A DNA stretch of 64,000 nucleotides from Octopus vulgaris. Its lineage: Eukaryota. Positions 26,870-40,111 of this stretch are shown here, piece by piece (the first letter of the stretch is position 1; each line of letters starts with the position of its first letter). Location: contig OX597821.1 of the NCBI GenBank assembly GCA_951406725.2, positions 114,142,001-114,206,000 of the forward strand, read 5' to 3'. Made by a program: the position numbers and the translations under genes. The notes under the pieces are model-generated. The model had not been told where the DNA came from. It did not search any database and saw nothing but the letters and a program-made list of their open reading frames with translations.

Positions 26870-27115
26870 TTTGTGATGTCTTCAAAAAGGAACTGGACAT
26901 TTTTCTCTGCACAATACCAGACGAACCAACAGACCAACATGATATAAAGACAAGGGCAGCGGAATCAAACTCTCTTATATACTAAATGGCTCAACAGCTG
27001 GGACAAAAGCGCATACAGGAGTGGTGATGTGAAACTCCCTAGACTGAGGAAATCAGACAGATCATAATGGTGCTACAGCATGACCGCAGCCGCATGGCTG
27101 AAACGAGTAAAGGAG
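26870..27115 (+). mobile_element. CR1/L2-group LINE 3' end
   Basis: Translates FKKELDIFLCTIPDEP; ends GGTGCTACAGCATGACCGCAG..GCTGAAACGAGTAAAG. Confidence 0.7.
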
Positions 27116-27321
27116 TTTTATAATTATAAATTATGAAGATTGATCTTTTATATCAAGAAATTAGGCGGAGACATTCGTCTTAATTAGGATTTCAAATCAA
27201 GTATTTAATCGGCAAATCTCCGATGATTGTTGTCTCTGAGAGACTTTATACTCGGACAGCTTTCAACTAAAACTAAATATGTTAATAACTGGTGTTTCAA
27301 CATAGTTCACATCAATATTCT

Positions 27322-27655
27322 AAGGCGGCAAGCTTGCAGAATCGCTAGCACACCGGGCGAAATGCTTAGCAGTATTTCGTCTGCCGTTATGTTCTGAGTT
27401 CAAATTCCGCCGAGGTCGACTTTGCCTTTCATCCTTTTGGGATCGATTAAATAAGTGCCAGTTACGCACTGGGGGTCGATGTAATCGACTTAATCCGTTT
27501 GTCTGTCCTTGTTTGTCCTCTCTGTTTTTAGCCCCTTGTGAGTAGTAAAGAAATAGGTATTTCGTCTGCCATTACGTTCTGAGTTCAGATTCCGCCGAGG
27601 TCGACTTTGCTTTTCATCCTTTCGGGGTCGTTACGCACTGGGGTCGATGTTTGTC
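27322..27655 (+). mobile_element. SINE family B with partial tandem second unit
   Basis: Similar to 36466 cluster. Confidence 0.85.
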
Positions 27656-27998
27656 CCTCCATATTTATTAAAGTTTTATCTTATTATAACAACGCGTCAA
27701 CGTTTTGTTTGGTGTATCCTTTGCCATCTTGATAATACTAAAACTCTGAGCACTATGAAAGGCGTAGCATTTGCATTGATTACTATAAGTTCTTAATCAA
27801 TTTAGATTATGTAGTTCATATCATATCATATTTACTTAGAGTCTTTAATCAGTGAATAATTAATTTCTTTAGATTTTTGGAAGATTACAATTGGATTAAG
27901 AAGATACACTTTAAACTATTAAACAGTTGACATTATCACAGAAAACCAGATAAATTAATTAGATATATTTAGAAGTTTATTTCTTCCAGCTTGTGACG

Positions 27999-28165
27999 TT
28001 TGAGACGTTTGGAGGGGCTGAGTCGCAAACAGCGAACTTTTTGTCATCGTTGGCGGTACATCTTACTAAGATGTCGGGTGATACCTGTGAGGGTGCTTGA
28101 CTGTTCCAACGCCTTAGCCTCGCCATCGCCCGTGGTAATGCCGTGAGCGTGTTAGCTTGCTTCTG
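27999..28165 (+). mobile_element. CRE-like non-LTR retrotransposon 3' fragment (restriction-like endonuclease C-terminus)
   Basis: Translates FETFGGAESQTANFLSSLA...*LFQRLSLAIARGNAVSVLA. Confidence 0.7.
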
Positions 28166-28416
28166 TTGGTTCTGTTGTACCTCCTGGTGTGCGACCAATG
28201 GAGGCACTTAGTGTTACAATGTTGATTTTTCTTTCTTTCTACCTCTTTTTTTTTCTTTGTTTATGCTTGTGTTTTCTTTGGTTTTAGATTTGTATTTTAA
28301 TGTAGTTTTGTATTGTATGCTCTTTTACTTGTTTCAGTCATTTGACTGCGGCCATGCTGGAGCACGGCCTTTTAGTCGAATAAATCGACCTCAGGACTTA
28401 TTCTTTGTAAGCCTAG

Positions 28417-28910
28417 GGATCTTTGTGATTTTCGTCAGTGTTTACAATTCTGTTCCAGTTGTTTTCAAATTTGGTGTATGGATTAAGTTTTGTATACTAA
28501 TTATGAAAATGAAATTCATTTTTCTTGTGAATTCATAATTAAAAAGTTATTAGCCTTTAAAATATACAAAATTTGGGCATTTTAGCCAATCAGAAGCAAG
28601 TATTTTACACATCACCGTGGCGAAGAAGTCTGTTTCTATAGTAACTAAAGCAAAGAAGCACCATGTGTCCCCATAGCTGATTGCGAAGAACACTGTTTCC
28701 AAAGTAACCAAAGATGCTGAGCATGCGCACAAGGAGTGTAACCACCACTTGTTCTATAACAGATGGGATTCACACTCAAGAAACTGAAAGTACCTGGGCA
28801 TGATCGACTCTTATCTTTGTGGATTTATGTGGAGAAGGAGATACGAGAAAGATCATTTATTCTATAAAATCCTAGAGTGTATTGCAAATTTCTTTCCTTT
28901 TTTAACTAAT
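28417..28910 (+). mobile_element. Merlin transposon fragment
   Basis: Begins GGGATCTTT like the Merlin MITE TIR; encodes GIHTQETESTW and MIDSYLCGFMWRRRY (Merlin/IS1595-like C-terminal motifs). Confidence 0.65.
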
Positions 28911-30889
28911 AAATATCTGTTTTAAACAATGTTTTGACTGTTATTTCTAGCAACTCCTGCTGACTTGTTCATAGCTTATAAATATTTAATTTGCCCACAA
29001 ATGTTTTAATACTAACTTTGATTGTGTGTATTTTAATGTTTTGACTGTTATTTCTAGTAACTCCTGTTGGTTTATTTGTTCGTAGCTTTTAAATATTTAA
29101 TTTGCTCCAAATCCACTCATAAGGCTTTGGTCGGCCCGAGGCTTATGTAGAAGACGCTTGCCCAAGGTGCCACGCTGTGGGACTGAACCCGGAACCACGT
29201 CGTTGGGAAGCAAGCTTCTTACAGCTACTCCTATTATATGCATATGTGTTATATATGCAATGAAATATTATTATTTTCATAATCAAAACAAAGTTTCTTT
29301 CTTGCCTTTAATTACACAGAGTGCCACAGAGAAATTTCCCATACTTAACGCATCTATTAATGTAGCACTAATAAACTTAGGCAGATGGTAATGGTGTCTT
29401 CACGTAGCCCAATGATTTGTTGTTTGTGTTTTCGTTATCGTCATAGTTGGGGATGGTGCACACCATGCGATTTCTATTGAAGTGTTTGTGAAGAATGTTG
29501 AATCTAGTTTATTTGCTGCACTCTGTATTTTTTATAACGGTGCATCTTGTAAATTACAGCTTCGTGCTAAGCATATGTTCAGTGCTGTTAACTGGTATTG
29601 ATTGACTTGAGAATGTTATATCTGTGACAACCAAGATACATTACAATTCCATATTAGACAATTCTGACTAGCTATTGGGGGTTCTGTCTCCTAATGAGAA
29701 ACGCATCGGTTTAATGAACAGTTTCTGAAATGCTGCATCGCTTCTTAACAACTAGTTTAAACAAGGGTGAGGCACAGAAAATTTTCAGCAAAACCTATGC
29801 AGACTTAGAAACAACTTTCAGAGACATTATTGTCTCAGGCAACCAAAATCCCTAAATGAACGAAGAGTGAAAGCCAGCGATGAGAATAAGAAAGAGATAG
29901 AAAAAGAGGAGACCGATGGAGTTTATTCATAGCTATAGCAACATCATCAGATCCCTATTTTCAGAGCAACACATGTCACAGTTGCAGATGTGATGAAGAA
30001 AGTCACTTTGCACCCGATCTCGGAAACCAGTCGCCAAGTATCACGCATCTTTACAGTATCCAGCAGCGTTACGAGGAGGGGTAGATAGATAATAGCAGCT
30101 AGAAAAATTTCCCAAACAGTCGGAATAGACACGAAATACAAAAATATGGGGGAGAAAAGGCACCCCGAAAAGAAGAGTGAACTCCAGTAATAGACAACCG
30201 GAATGGTTGAGGGGGAGCCGGTTCCCCAGAGCGATGACGATAATTATGAATACGACAACGACATCAGAACCATAGACCTTCTATAAAATAAACCAGAATA
30301 AATAGAACAAGAAATGTTGCACGTTGGATATTATATAAATGAGTTAATCACGTCGAACCAAATGGAGTTGGAAAACAGAACATCAAATGAAAGGCGTTTA
30401 GCAAAAATAATAGCGCATGCTGAAACAGGAGCATCTAAAGAGTGTGGTGTTTGTTGTTTCATCCCACGCAACAGCATCTGTTGACGAGCACCTTTGGGTG
30501 CAACAGGCCCCTGCAGGAACAGTAGCAGGTGAGCAGTGACGTGGAGTGTTCTAACCGACTTTACCACTGGGTTCCCAGTCGCTACGTGGATGCACAACCT
30601 GTAATGTTTTCTTGAAGCACTTTTTTCGCAAATGTTGTTTTCGTGGATATTTCAATTTTGCATGTTTTCATAATTTTTAAATAGTTTTTTAAATGCTTAT
30701 TCTTGTATAACGCCTCCCCATCCCCGACCTACCCTCCTTTCGTTTTTATATAACTTGTTTGTTCGAACCAACACGCTTTTATAAATCTGGAATTTTAAAG
30801 TTCATGCATGACCGAATTTATGTCACAGACTAAGGTGACACTTGTTTACTGATCAGGTTTCAAAAACCCTGCCAAGAACTCTTTCAAAA

Positions 30890-31085
30890 ACCCTGCCAAA
30901 AACTCTCAGTTCCAAGCAATGATGATTTTTGTAGGTGTTCTATCCTTACATTTGTTCCAATTTGTTTGAGCCATGGTGCTGATACTTCCGAGCACACCAA
31001 TCACTCACAAACTTCATATTTCCCGCTTCAATTCTTCATAGTTGTTCCCTTGTTCTCTTTCTTCAATCCTGTTGTCACCGGGACA
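30890..31085 (-). mobile_element. R4/Dong-like LINE 3' fragment
   Basis: Minus-strand NYEELKREI..VIGVLGSIS..WLKQIGTNVRIEHLQKSSLLGT. Confidence 0.6.
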
Positions 31086-31153
31086 TGCTATTTCGATTAG
31101 CATGCATGTTCGATTAGCATGCATGTTTAATATCTAAGAGATGAGGAATTATG

Positions 31154-31372
31154 TACATTATTTATATTTGCCGGATATTTGTCCTCATTTTGTTTGTTGT
31201 TAACAAAACGTTTCGGCTGATGTACCCTCCAGCCTTCATCAGGTACTCCTATGGTATTTTTCGATGTTATTATTATTATCATCATTATTATTATTATTCA
31301 GGTCCCTGCCTGGAATCGAACTCGAAATCTTGGGATTAGTAGCCCGCGCTCTTAACCACTATGCCATATGCC
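31154..31372 (-). mobile_element. tRNA-head + (AAT)n + hammerhead SINE-like element, second copy
   Basis: Core CUGAUGA-A-GGCUG(loop)CAGCC-GAAAC-GUU at ~31208-31242; same layout as 20166. Confidence 0.8.
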
Positions 31373-32285
31373 CGTGGGCAATTATGGATGAATTTTAGGG
31401 CTTATAAATCTAATATTTTCCTATCCTTCCTTAATACCGGTTCCCATATGCTGTTCATATCTGCACTCGTTCTGCTTAGGAGGTTGTTGTGTCCTAGCAT
31501 ATGTGCTGCTTCTTTTAGTTTTCGTGTTTTCCAGTGGTGTTCTCTATTATTTTAACTTCATCCCACAGGGGGAAGCGGTCTCCGTTTTTCTATACATGAT
31601 CAGCTCTACCCGACTTATCTCCTCTTGCATGTTTGTTTTCCTTTTCTCTTCCCCACAACAATGTCAGGTTTCCAATGTCTAATCTGATGCTCACACTGAA
31701 CCATTGCCTCCCACAGAATTTTACAATCTTCATTCTCTGTAACTCCTTCTGGGATTTGTTCATATCACGTCTTTGAATCTTTCTAATCCATAATTTCCAC
31801 AGACCTCCCAATAGATCATTCTTCCGGCTTTACTTTCTGAGTTGAAATTCCGCTAAAGTTGACATGGCCTTTAATGTCTTTCGGTGATCGATAAAATAAG
31901 TATTGGTTGAGTAATGAGATCGATGTAATCGATTAGCTTCCAAGACCCCTAGCCCCACCCCACCATCCCACCAAAATTTCAGACCTTGCGCCAATTGTGG
32001 AAAGAAAAATTATTAAAGGGCTATGGACTTACAGAATCGTTAAAACGTCAGGAATATTCCTTCTGACATTTGCTCCGGCACTGTACGTTCTGAGTTCAAT
32101 CTCCACTGACGTCAACTCTGCCTTTCATCCCCTCATGGATCGATGAAGAGACTACCAGTTCACGTTCTGGGGTAGATATATTCGACTAATATCCTCTCCA
32201 CAAAATAGCTGGCCTTGTGCCGAAATCAGAAACCATTACAAAACGCCGAAGTGTCCGAAGACAGAAGATAAACTAAAGAATAATT

Positions 32286-32602
32286 GGAGTAAAGGTTGTT
32301 TGACAGCATAACATGGCAGTCCTGGTTTAGGACGAATGTTGCTGTAATTTAGCCCCAGGAGACATACGACACGATCTCTGTCCTTATATTTTTTGAACAA
32401 GGGAATCTAGCACTCCCACTCAGCTCAAAACAATATCTGTATATCGCGATTTCCGGGTTTTTTCCTTCATCAGCACCGAATAATTGTTCGGTTAGATCGT
32501 GTCGTATAGCCAGCTGGAGACGATGTCTCCTGGGGCTAATTTACAGCAACATTCGTCCTAAACTAGGACTGCCATGTTATGTTGGAAAACAACCTTTACT
32601 CC
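32286..32602. mobile_element. Fold-back element with hammerhead in the spacer
   Basis: Arms ~32286-32377 / 32507-32602; minus strand CGGUG-CUGAUGA-AGG(A6)CCCG-GAAAU-CGCG-AUA-UACAG at 32437-32478. Confidence 0.75.
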
Positions 32603-33435
32603 AAAGTACTCTTGCCGAATATCTCTTGTTGTGAGATTTTAAAATAGTAATTTTCTAAACAATAATTTTTACATTAGTTTCAAATTTTGGCGCAAGGCCA
32701 GCAATTTGGGAGGGGAGGGGCTAAGTCGAGTATATCAACCCGAGCATCCGACTTCTACTTATTTTATCGACCTCGAAAGCAAAAGGATGAACTCCGTCGT
32801 AACAACGGATGAAATATTGCTGTACATTTTGTCCGGCGACCTAACGATTCCACCAGTTCGCCGCCTTAGAGTGTTTCCATGTTCATCTCAATAATTAGCC
32901 TGGTCCTTATTTTGTCGAAATCTATTAATCAGTGGTAAAAGACGCAATTTGATGTATTTTAACTTATTTTGGTCGACGCACCGATTTACGCATTCAGCAA
33001 TAAGAAGTAAAAAAAAAAAGCATACTTTACGCTTAATGTCAAGTTTCGAAATACAGTGGAAAGAACGCCTGATTACCATGAGACATCACGTGACAATCAT
33101 TCTTGAGACTTATTTTTATAGTTTTTCTGGTGCGGGAGGTTGTTTTTTTGTTTTTTACATCAGCTTGATTTTAACAAAATTATATTTTACTTACTTAGAG
33201 GTGAATAAACGTTGCATTATGATAATTATTTTGTTTTTTATTTCGTTTATTATATTTTTTGGCAAATGAAAATGTGTAGAGCCGGCAGGTTTCCGGCGGA
33301 AATAGCATTATCTCTTTTGTTAGACTTGCACCATATCCAAGAACTATATAGAGAATGGATTGAGAGAAAACCTCAGATAAACGAAAAAAATATTTCGGAA
33401 GTGTGTACTTTAGTATTAAAGTCTATTTTTCTCAA

Positions 33436-33568
33436 TGGCTGTGCGGTAAGATGTTTGCATCTCAAACACAAGGTCTCTGGTTCTTGGACAAGTGTCTTCA
33501 ACTATAGCCTCGGGCCGACCAAAGCCTTGTGTGTCGATTTGGTAGACGGAAACTGAAAGAAGCCCGTC

Positions 33569-33616
<48 letters not shown>

Positions 33617-33815
33617 GTGTAGGTGTGTGACTTTGTGTCTGTTTGTCCCCCCCTACTGCTTTGTGGGGGGCAAGCGGTAGTAGGAGAGAGGTTATGGGTT
33701 ATGTCCCCATAACCTAACGTTTCGACAAAAGTAACAGGCATTAAAAAAAATAGGTTCTGGAGTCGATTGAGAGCACCCCAGTATTACCGCAGTTTCAGGG
33801 CTGAAACTAATAAAA
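33436..33815 (+). mobile_element. SINE family A, diverged
   Basis: Head and tail motifs. Confidence 0.7.
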
Positions 33816-35480
33816 GACAGTGACTAAAATACTTTCCGAAAAACTTGTTCTGCATGTTTAGGTTTTAATCAAAATATTGGGAAATCTTTGCAAAGTGATT
33901 ATATTCATAATATCCTCTACTTGTTGGTTTCTTCTTCTTCGCAGTAATGTTGTCCATGTATGGATTTGTTTAAAAATTCATTAAATTACAGAGAAAATTC
34001 ACTTAGAAAGAAAACACTCTGCAATTCTAACAATATATTGGTCTCAAATTTTGACACAAGCCCAGCAGTTTCGAGACAGGGGGTACCTTGATTATATCAA
34101 TCTCCAATGTTCAACTGGTACTTATTTTATCGACCCCGAAAGGGTTAAACGCAAAGTCGATCTCGACAGAATTTGAACTCAGAACGAAATGCTGCTAAGC
34201 ATTTTCTCCAACTTAGTAACGATTCTGCCAGCTTGTTTCTTAGAATTCCAACTATATATTGGTTTGAAGCTTTGACTTAAGGCCAGCGGTTTCAGGGAGA
34301 GAGTATGTGGACCCCAGTATTCAACTGGTACTTATTTTATCGACCCCGAAAGCAAAGCCTACCTCGTGGGAGCTTTGGTGTCAGCCAAAGTTCCGATGTA
34401 ACAAATATAATAAAGATTTCTTCCTACATAAAACCACTGGTAGCCTTGTTAAACCGCAAACAAATTCTGTATGTATGTGTGTATGTATGAGTGTGAGTGT
34501 GTGTGTTTATACATGCAATCGTGTGCATATTTACGATTCTTTGATTAAGTGGATGCTGGTTGCTTCAATGATAGGAATTATTTGCAAACAATAATACCCA
34601 ATGAATGACTTACTCATTCAGTCCCTTAATCAATCAACCAACCAATGAATCAATCGATCAAATTACACACATATATGCATGTAGAGACGACACATGCACA
34701 CTAAAACACGCGTAGATATATATTCACACACCTACGTTTCTCTCATGCTCTACGGATGTATGTCACCCTCCCAAAATACCGTTGCTGAAGCACCTTCGTC
34801 TGCTCCCGCTCTTTTTCGTTCTATATTTTGTACAAACCCAAAATCACTTCACATTAATGCATCGTACTTCCTCTCTGTTTTCATACCTCTCCTTACAAAC
34901 ACACACACACACACACACACAAATACATACATACATACATACATACATACATACATACATACATACATACATACATACATACATGCATGCCTCTACAAAC
35001 ACTGTCTGTTCCTTCTTCATCTCGGCGTCTATTTTGAGAAAAGGGTGGCGTTTCCTGTGAAAGTAAGCAAACATCAGCTGCTGCCACAAACTGTTATCGC
35101 AACTCCCTCTTCAAGATGGTTGTAACTTGATTATTAAAACTTACCCTCAGACTGCACTTCATTATTTAATGACACTTAATTCCTCTCTTCCGATTTCTCT
35201 GTCACTTCTCCCACGCATCTGCTCTCTATTTTTATACAACACTACTATTCAAATATATTGTCCTAGACGTTTTCTCTTATCACTTCGATGCTAATGACGT
35301 CGTTGTTGTTGTTGTTCTTGTTTAGTTCTTTGTTGATCGAAGGCTTTGCAGTTGGCAGCAGGGATTTAGCTTATGTGTCCTTCGCTTTGAAGACGGTAGA
35401 CAATGGCTGACGTAAGAATTCGGTTAGTATTTCTGACTTACCGAACTGTTATGTAAAGACTGCTCCTTAGGCATTCCAGC

Positions 35481-35809
35481 GTGAGGGCGCGTGGCTTAGT
35501 GGTTAGGGCATTCGGCTCATGATCGTAAGGTTGTGAGTTCGATTCCCGGCGACGCGTTGTGTCCTTGAGCAAGACACTTTATTTCACGTTGCTCCAGTCC
35601 ACTCAGCTGGCAAAAATGAGTTGTACTTGTATTTCAAAGGGTCAGCCTTGTCACTCTCTGTGTCACGCTGATTATCCCCGAGAACTACGTTAAGGGTACA
35701 CGTGTCTGTAGAATGCTCAGCCATTTGCACGTTAATTTCACGAGCAAGCTGTTCCGTTGATCGTATCAGCTGGGACCCTCGTCGTCGTAACCGGCGGAGT
35801 CTTTTAGAA
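35481..35809 (+). mobile_element. Full-length tRNA-derived SINE (family C relative) with 12-bp TSD
   Basis: A box TGGCTTAGTGG, B box GAGTTCGATTCC; TSD AGGCATTCCAGC at 35469 and 35810. Confidence 0.92.
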
Positions 35810-35939
35810 AGGCATTCCAGCTGCTACTAAGGTTTTCTAGGAATAAAATTTATCTTAATATGTCATTTGCTTTTAAGATGATAGCCTGTAGTTGAGGTAA
35901 TAATTTGGCTGCTCTTTCTAGCACACTGAACATTTGTGA

Positions 35940-36180
35940 GAGGACGTAGCTTAATGGTTAGCATGTTGCGCTCGTGATTGCAAGATTGTAGATTCCCGGA
36001 CCCGGTAGTGCGTTGTGTTCTTGAGCAAAACACTTCATTTCATGTTGCTCCAGTCACTCAGCTGCAAATGGGTCACCCTGCGAAAGACTGGTGTCCCATT
36101 CAGGGGCAATGTTGTGATCCCAGTCTCTTGTATGCCATGGAAACCAAGTAATTGGTCCTAAGAGTCTTGGGATTCAAGAC
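35940..36180 (+). mobile_element. Old tRNA-derived SINE followed by (GAT)n
   Basis: Diverged head similar to the 35481 copy, different 3' part. Confidence 0.65.
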
Positions 36181-36197
36181 TCCAATGACCTGGGTAT

Positions 36198-36247
<50 letters not shown>

Positions 36248-36465
36248 GTGATGATGGTGATGATGATGATGACGACGACGACGACGATAATGATGATCTA
36301 CTCTGTTGTGGCTGCGCCTTAGACTCTTTCACATCAATGCAGAGAGAAGACTTGCGTGGATTAATTTAATGAAAACACTTAACTTTTATCTCTGTGATAA
36401 AGTCAATACGTTGCAAATTTTATCGCAAATATCATCCTTAATCTCTATTATTGCACAAAGGAGAA

Positions 36466-37050
36466 AGGCGGCGAGCTGGCAGAAACGTTAGCACGCCGGG
36501 CGAAATGCGTAGCCGTATTTCATCTGCCGCTACCTTCTGAGTTCAAATTCCGCCGAAGTCAACTTTGCCTTTCGTCCTTTCGGGGTCGATAAATTAAGTA
36601 CCAGTTACGCAGTGGGGTCGATATAATCGACTTAATCCGTTTGTCTGTCCTTGTTTGTCCCCTCTGTGTTTAGCTCCTTGTGGGTAGTAAAGAAATAGGT
36701 ATTTCGTCTACCGCTACCTTCTGAGTTCAAATTCCGCCGAGGTCGACTTTGCCTTTCGTCCTTTCGGGGTCGATAAATTAAGTACCAGTTACGCAGTGGG
36801 GTCGATATAATCGACTTAATCCGTTTGTCTGTCCTTGTTTGTCCCCTCTGTGTTTAACCCCTTGTGGGTAGTAAAGAAATAGGTATTTCGTCTACCGCTA
36901 CCTTCTGAGTTCAAATTCCGCCGAGGTCGACTTTGCCTTTCGTCCTTTTGAGATCGATAAACTAAGTACCAGTTGCGTACTGGGGTCGATCTAATTGACT
37001 GCCCCCCCCCCCTAAAGATTTCAGGCCTTGTGCCTAGAGAAGAAAAGATT
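36466..37050 (+). mobile_element. SINE family B with internal ~182-bp tandem triplication
   Basis: Near-identical units starting ~36515, 36697, 36881; ATTATTGCACAAAGGAGAA flanks both sides. Confidence 0.9.
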
Positions 37051-37499
37051 ATTGCACAAAGGAGAATAAGAAACGGCAGTGTGACGAAATAAAAGCTTCC
37101 ACTATTCAGTATCATCATTTGACGTCCTGGTTTCGAATCTTATCTATATCTACGTTGCCTTTCGTCTTCACCAATGGATAAACTCGGTACCAAAAATTCA
37201 TCAGCTTCAGTCAATTGCTCATACTTTCGAACACACCTCGAAATATTTGTAGCTCTGTGTAAACAGGATAAGTTAAATTAATACTGTTTAATAATTATCA
37301 TCCTTGGTATTTTGGTAATTTTGTGTTTTTTGTTTGTTTGTTTGTGTGTTTGTTTGTTGTTTTTGCGTAGTTGAATTAGCGTCATAGTTGAACCCTAGTC
37401 ACTGCTGTCGCCTTATTAATAACATTTCTGTCTCTGTAGCATTTATTTCTGGTCTTTAACTCAGCTCAAGGAACGTTCTAGAAAACAAACTCTAGTATA

Positions 37500-37875
37500 T
37501 GTGATTAGGGCAGCGGACTCGCGGTCATAGGATCGCGGTTTCCATTCCCAGACCGGGCGTTTTGAGTGTTTATTGAGTGAAAACACTAAAAAATTCCCCG
37601 AGGCTCCGGCAGGGGTGGGGTGGTGAACCCTGCAATACTCTTTCACCGCAAATTTCTCTCACTCTTCTTTTCATTTTTTCTTCCTGTTTCTGTTGTACAT
37701 GCATTTCGAAGGACTAGCCTTGTCACGTTCTGTGTCATGCTGAATCTCCCCAAGAACTACGTTAAGGATACACGTGTCTGTGGAGTGCCCAACCACTTGC
37801 AGGTTAATTTCACGTGCAGGCTGTACCGTTGATCGGATCAACTGGAGCCCTCATCGTCGTAGCCGACGGAGTGCC
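37500..37875 (+). mobile_element. SINE family C
   Basis: Similar to 11697. Confidence 0.85.
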
Positions 37876-38214
37876 ATAGTACTAATACAAACATACAAAA
37901 AAAAGGAGCGGGGCTGGGATGGAGATCGCAAAGCAGTGGCAAAAATGCTTGACAGTATTTGTTCCGATTCTTCGTTCAGAGTTTGAATCTCACCGGTCAA
38001 ATTTGCCTCTCAATTATTCGTGGTCGAAAAGATAAATAACCAGTAATGTTCTGGGGTTGATGATGTTGACTAATCTCTTCGAAATTGCTGGCCTTAAGCT
38101 TAAATCAGAAACGATTCAAAATTAAAATATCTCTACAAATTTGAAGAGGTTAAATAGTGTGTGAGTGTACGTATACATATACACAAATGTTTGTATGAAT
38201 ACATGCATATTAAC

Positions 38215-38258
<44 letters not shown>

Positions 38259-38421
38259 TGGCTGTATGGTAAGAAGCTTGCTTCCCAAAAACATGTTCAG
38301 GGTTCAGTCCCACTGCGTGGCGCCTTGGGCAAGTGTCTTCTACTATAGCCTTGGGCCGACCATAGCCTTGTGAGTGGATTTGGTAGACGGAAACTGAAAG
38401 AAGCTCGTCGTACACACATAT

Positions 38422-38514
<93 letters not shown>

Positions 38515-39354
38515 GTGCGTGTGTGTGTGTATATGCATGTATGTGTGTATGCATATGGATATTTTATTGAAACTGAAACCTAGAGTTTGTTTCACAATAA
38601 TAATAATAATGAAAGTAAACCGGTAAACTTTGGAGTAATCCCTTACTATTTATATATATATACACACACACACACATATTTGCATATATACATGCATTTT
38701 CTACATATATATTTGCATTCAATACACATAGATGCACATGCTATGCAATTCAAATGAATTAATCTTTACAGAGTGCAGCAGGAACGTGTGTGAAACGGAC
38801 AAGACGCTACTCAAACAGTTATTCATGAATTACATCCCGCATTACTACTCAAAAATAATCTTGAAAGGCTATAATAATATAAATAAACAATAAAAAAAAC
38901 ATCGTGGAAAGCCTAAATATTTTATACAATTTTTATATTCCAGCTAAATCCAAGGTAGGATTAGTTTTTAAGAAGATCCACAATAATTCTTTCTAGTATA
39001 GGCACACAACCTGAAAATGCGGGCATAGGCTGGTCAATTACATCGACCCCGAATTACAAAGTGGAGCTCAGCGGACTTTTTGAACTCAGAACGCAAGAAC
39101 GGACGAACTGTCGACAAGCATTTTGTCCGGCGTCCTACTGACTCTGCCACTTCCCCGCATTAAGAAGATTCAAAACAATATTGATTTCAAATTCTGGCAC
39201 AAAGAAGGGATAAGTCAATTATATCGACCCCCTCTGTTCAACTGGTATTTATTTTATCGTACCCCAAAGGATTAAATGCAAAGTCGATCTTCGCTGAAAT
39301 TCAGAACGTGCAAACGATTCTGCAAGCTTGCAGTATTATAATTCCGACTATATA

Positions 39355-40095
39355 CGAGGGCTGTATGAAAAGTCTTGAGCCTCAAAAAAACAGAACATGG
39401 TACAAGACTTCTGATGATATATTTTTCAACATAGTCCCCTTCCATGGCTGAACACTTTCTCCAGCGGTGCTGAAGCGCCATTATCCCGGCGTAGAAGAAC
39501 TCTTTTGTTTGAGGCTCCAAGAAACTTCCTACTTACTTTTGACTTGACTTGAGACAGCATTCACCCGGGGTGGGTTGAGCTGGCTTCATTCATCCTCAAT
39601 GCTGCATCTCTCACAAAGGCCGACCAGACGTGGCGATTTGAGGCTAACGACCGCGTGATTTCCAACCACTCCTTATTCCAGCGGCGAAAGTCGTAGATGT
39701 GGGGGCCTAGGCTGGGTTCCAGATCAGCCTTGACTGTCGTCAGCCAGGTTTTTCGTTGTCCAGCACATCGCTTTCGCCAACCCTGAAGGGAAGCTGGGGC
39801 AATTGCTTCGTAGATGAATTCTCCTGGTTGACGACGGAGGGCATGACCCAGCCAAAGCAGACGTCTCGTTAGGATGACTTGTCGGAGGGATGTGATTCTG
39901 CACTGGTGTCGCACTGAATTGTTGAAGACAAAGTGATGACATCGGACACGAAGGATGCGGCGTTGACAGAGGTGATCGTAGGATTCTAGCCGCTTAATAT
40001 CTTCCACCCTCATCGGCCATGACTCGCTGCCATAAAGGAGAATCGTTCGCACTTCCTACAGCGTCTATGACGTCATTGTCATACACCGCCTCAAA
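39355..40095 (-). mobile_element. Mariner 3' fragment interrupted by an RTE insertion
   Basis: TA-CGAGGG end; EFFYAGIMALQHRWRKCSAMEGDYVEK; coding remnant continues after 40059. Confidence 0.75.
39533..40050 (-). mobile_element. 5'-truncated RTE LINE with 9-bp TSD
   Basis: ORF ILLYGSESW..RRLLWLGHALR..TWLTTVKADL; (TCAAG)n tail; TSD ACTTCCTAC at 39524 and 40051. Confidence 0.9.
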
Positions 40096-40111
40096 CAAAA
40101 GAGTTGTTCTA

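Noticed and set aside
30331-30597. GC-richer minus-strand ORF after an AG
   Set aside because: No recognisable protein motif or donor site; other frames have stops
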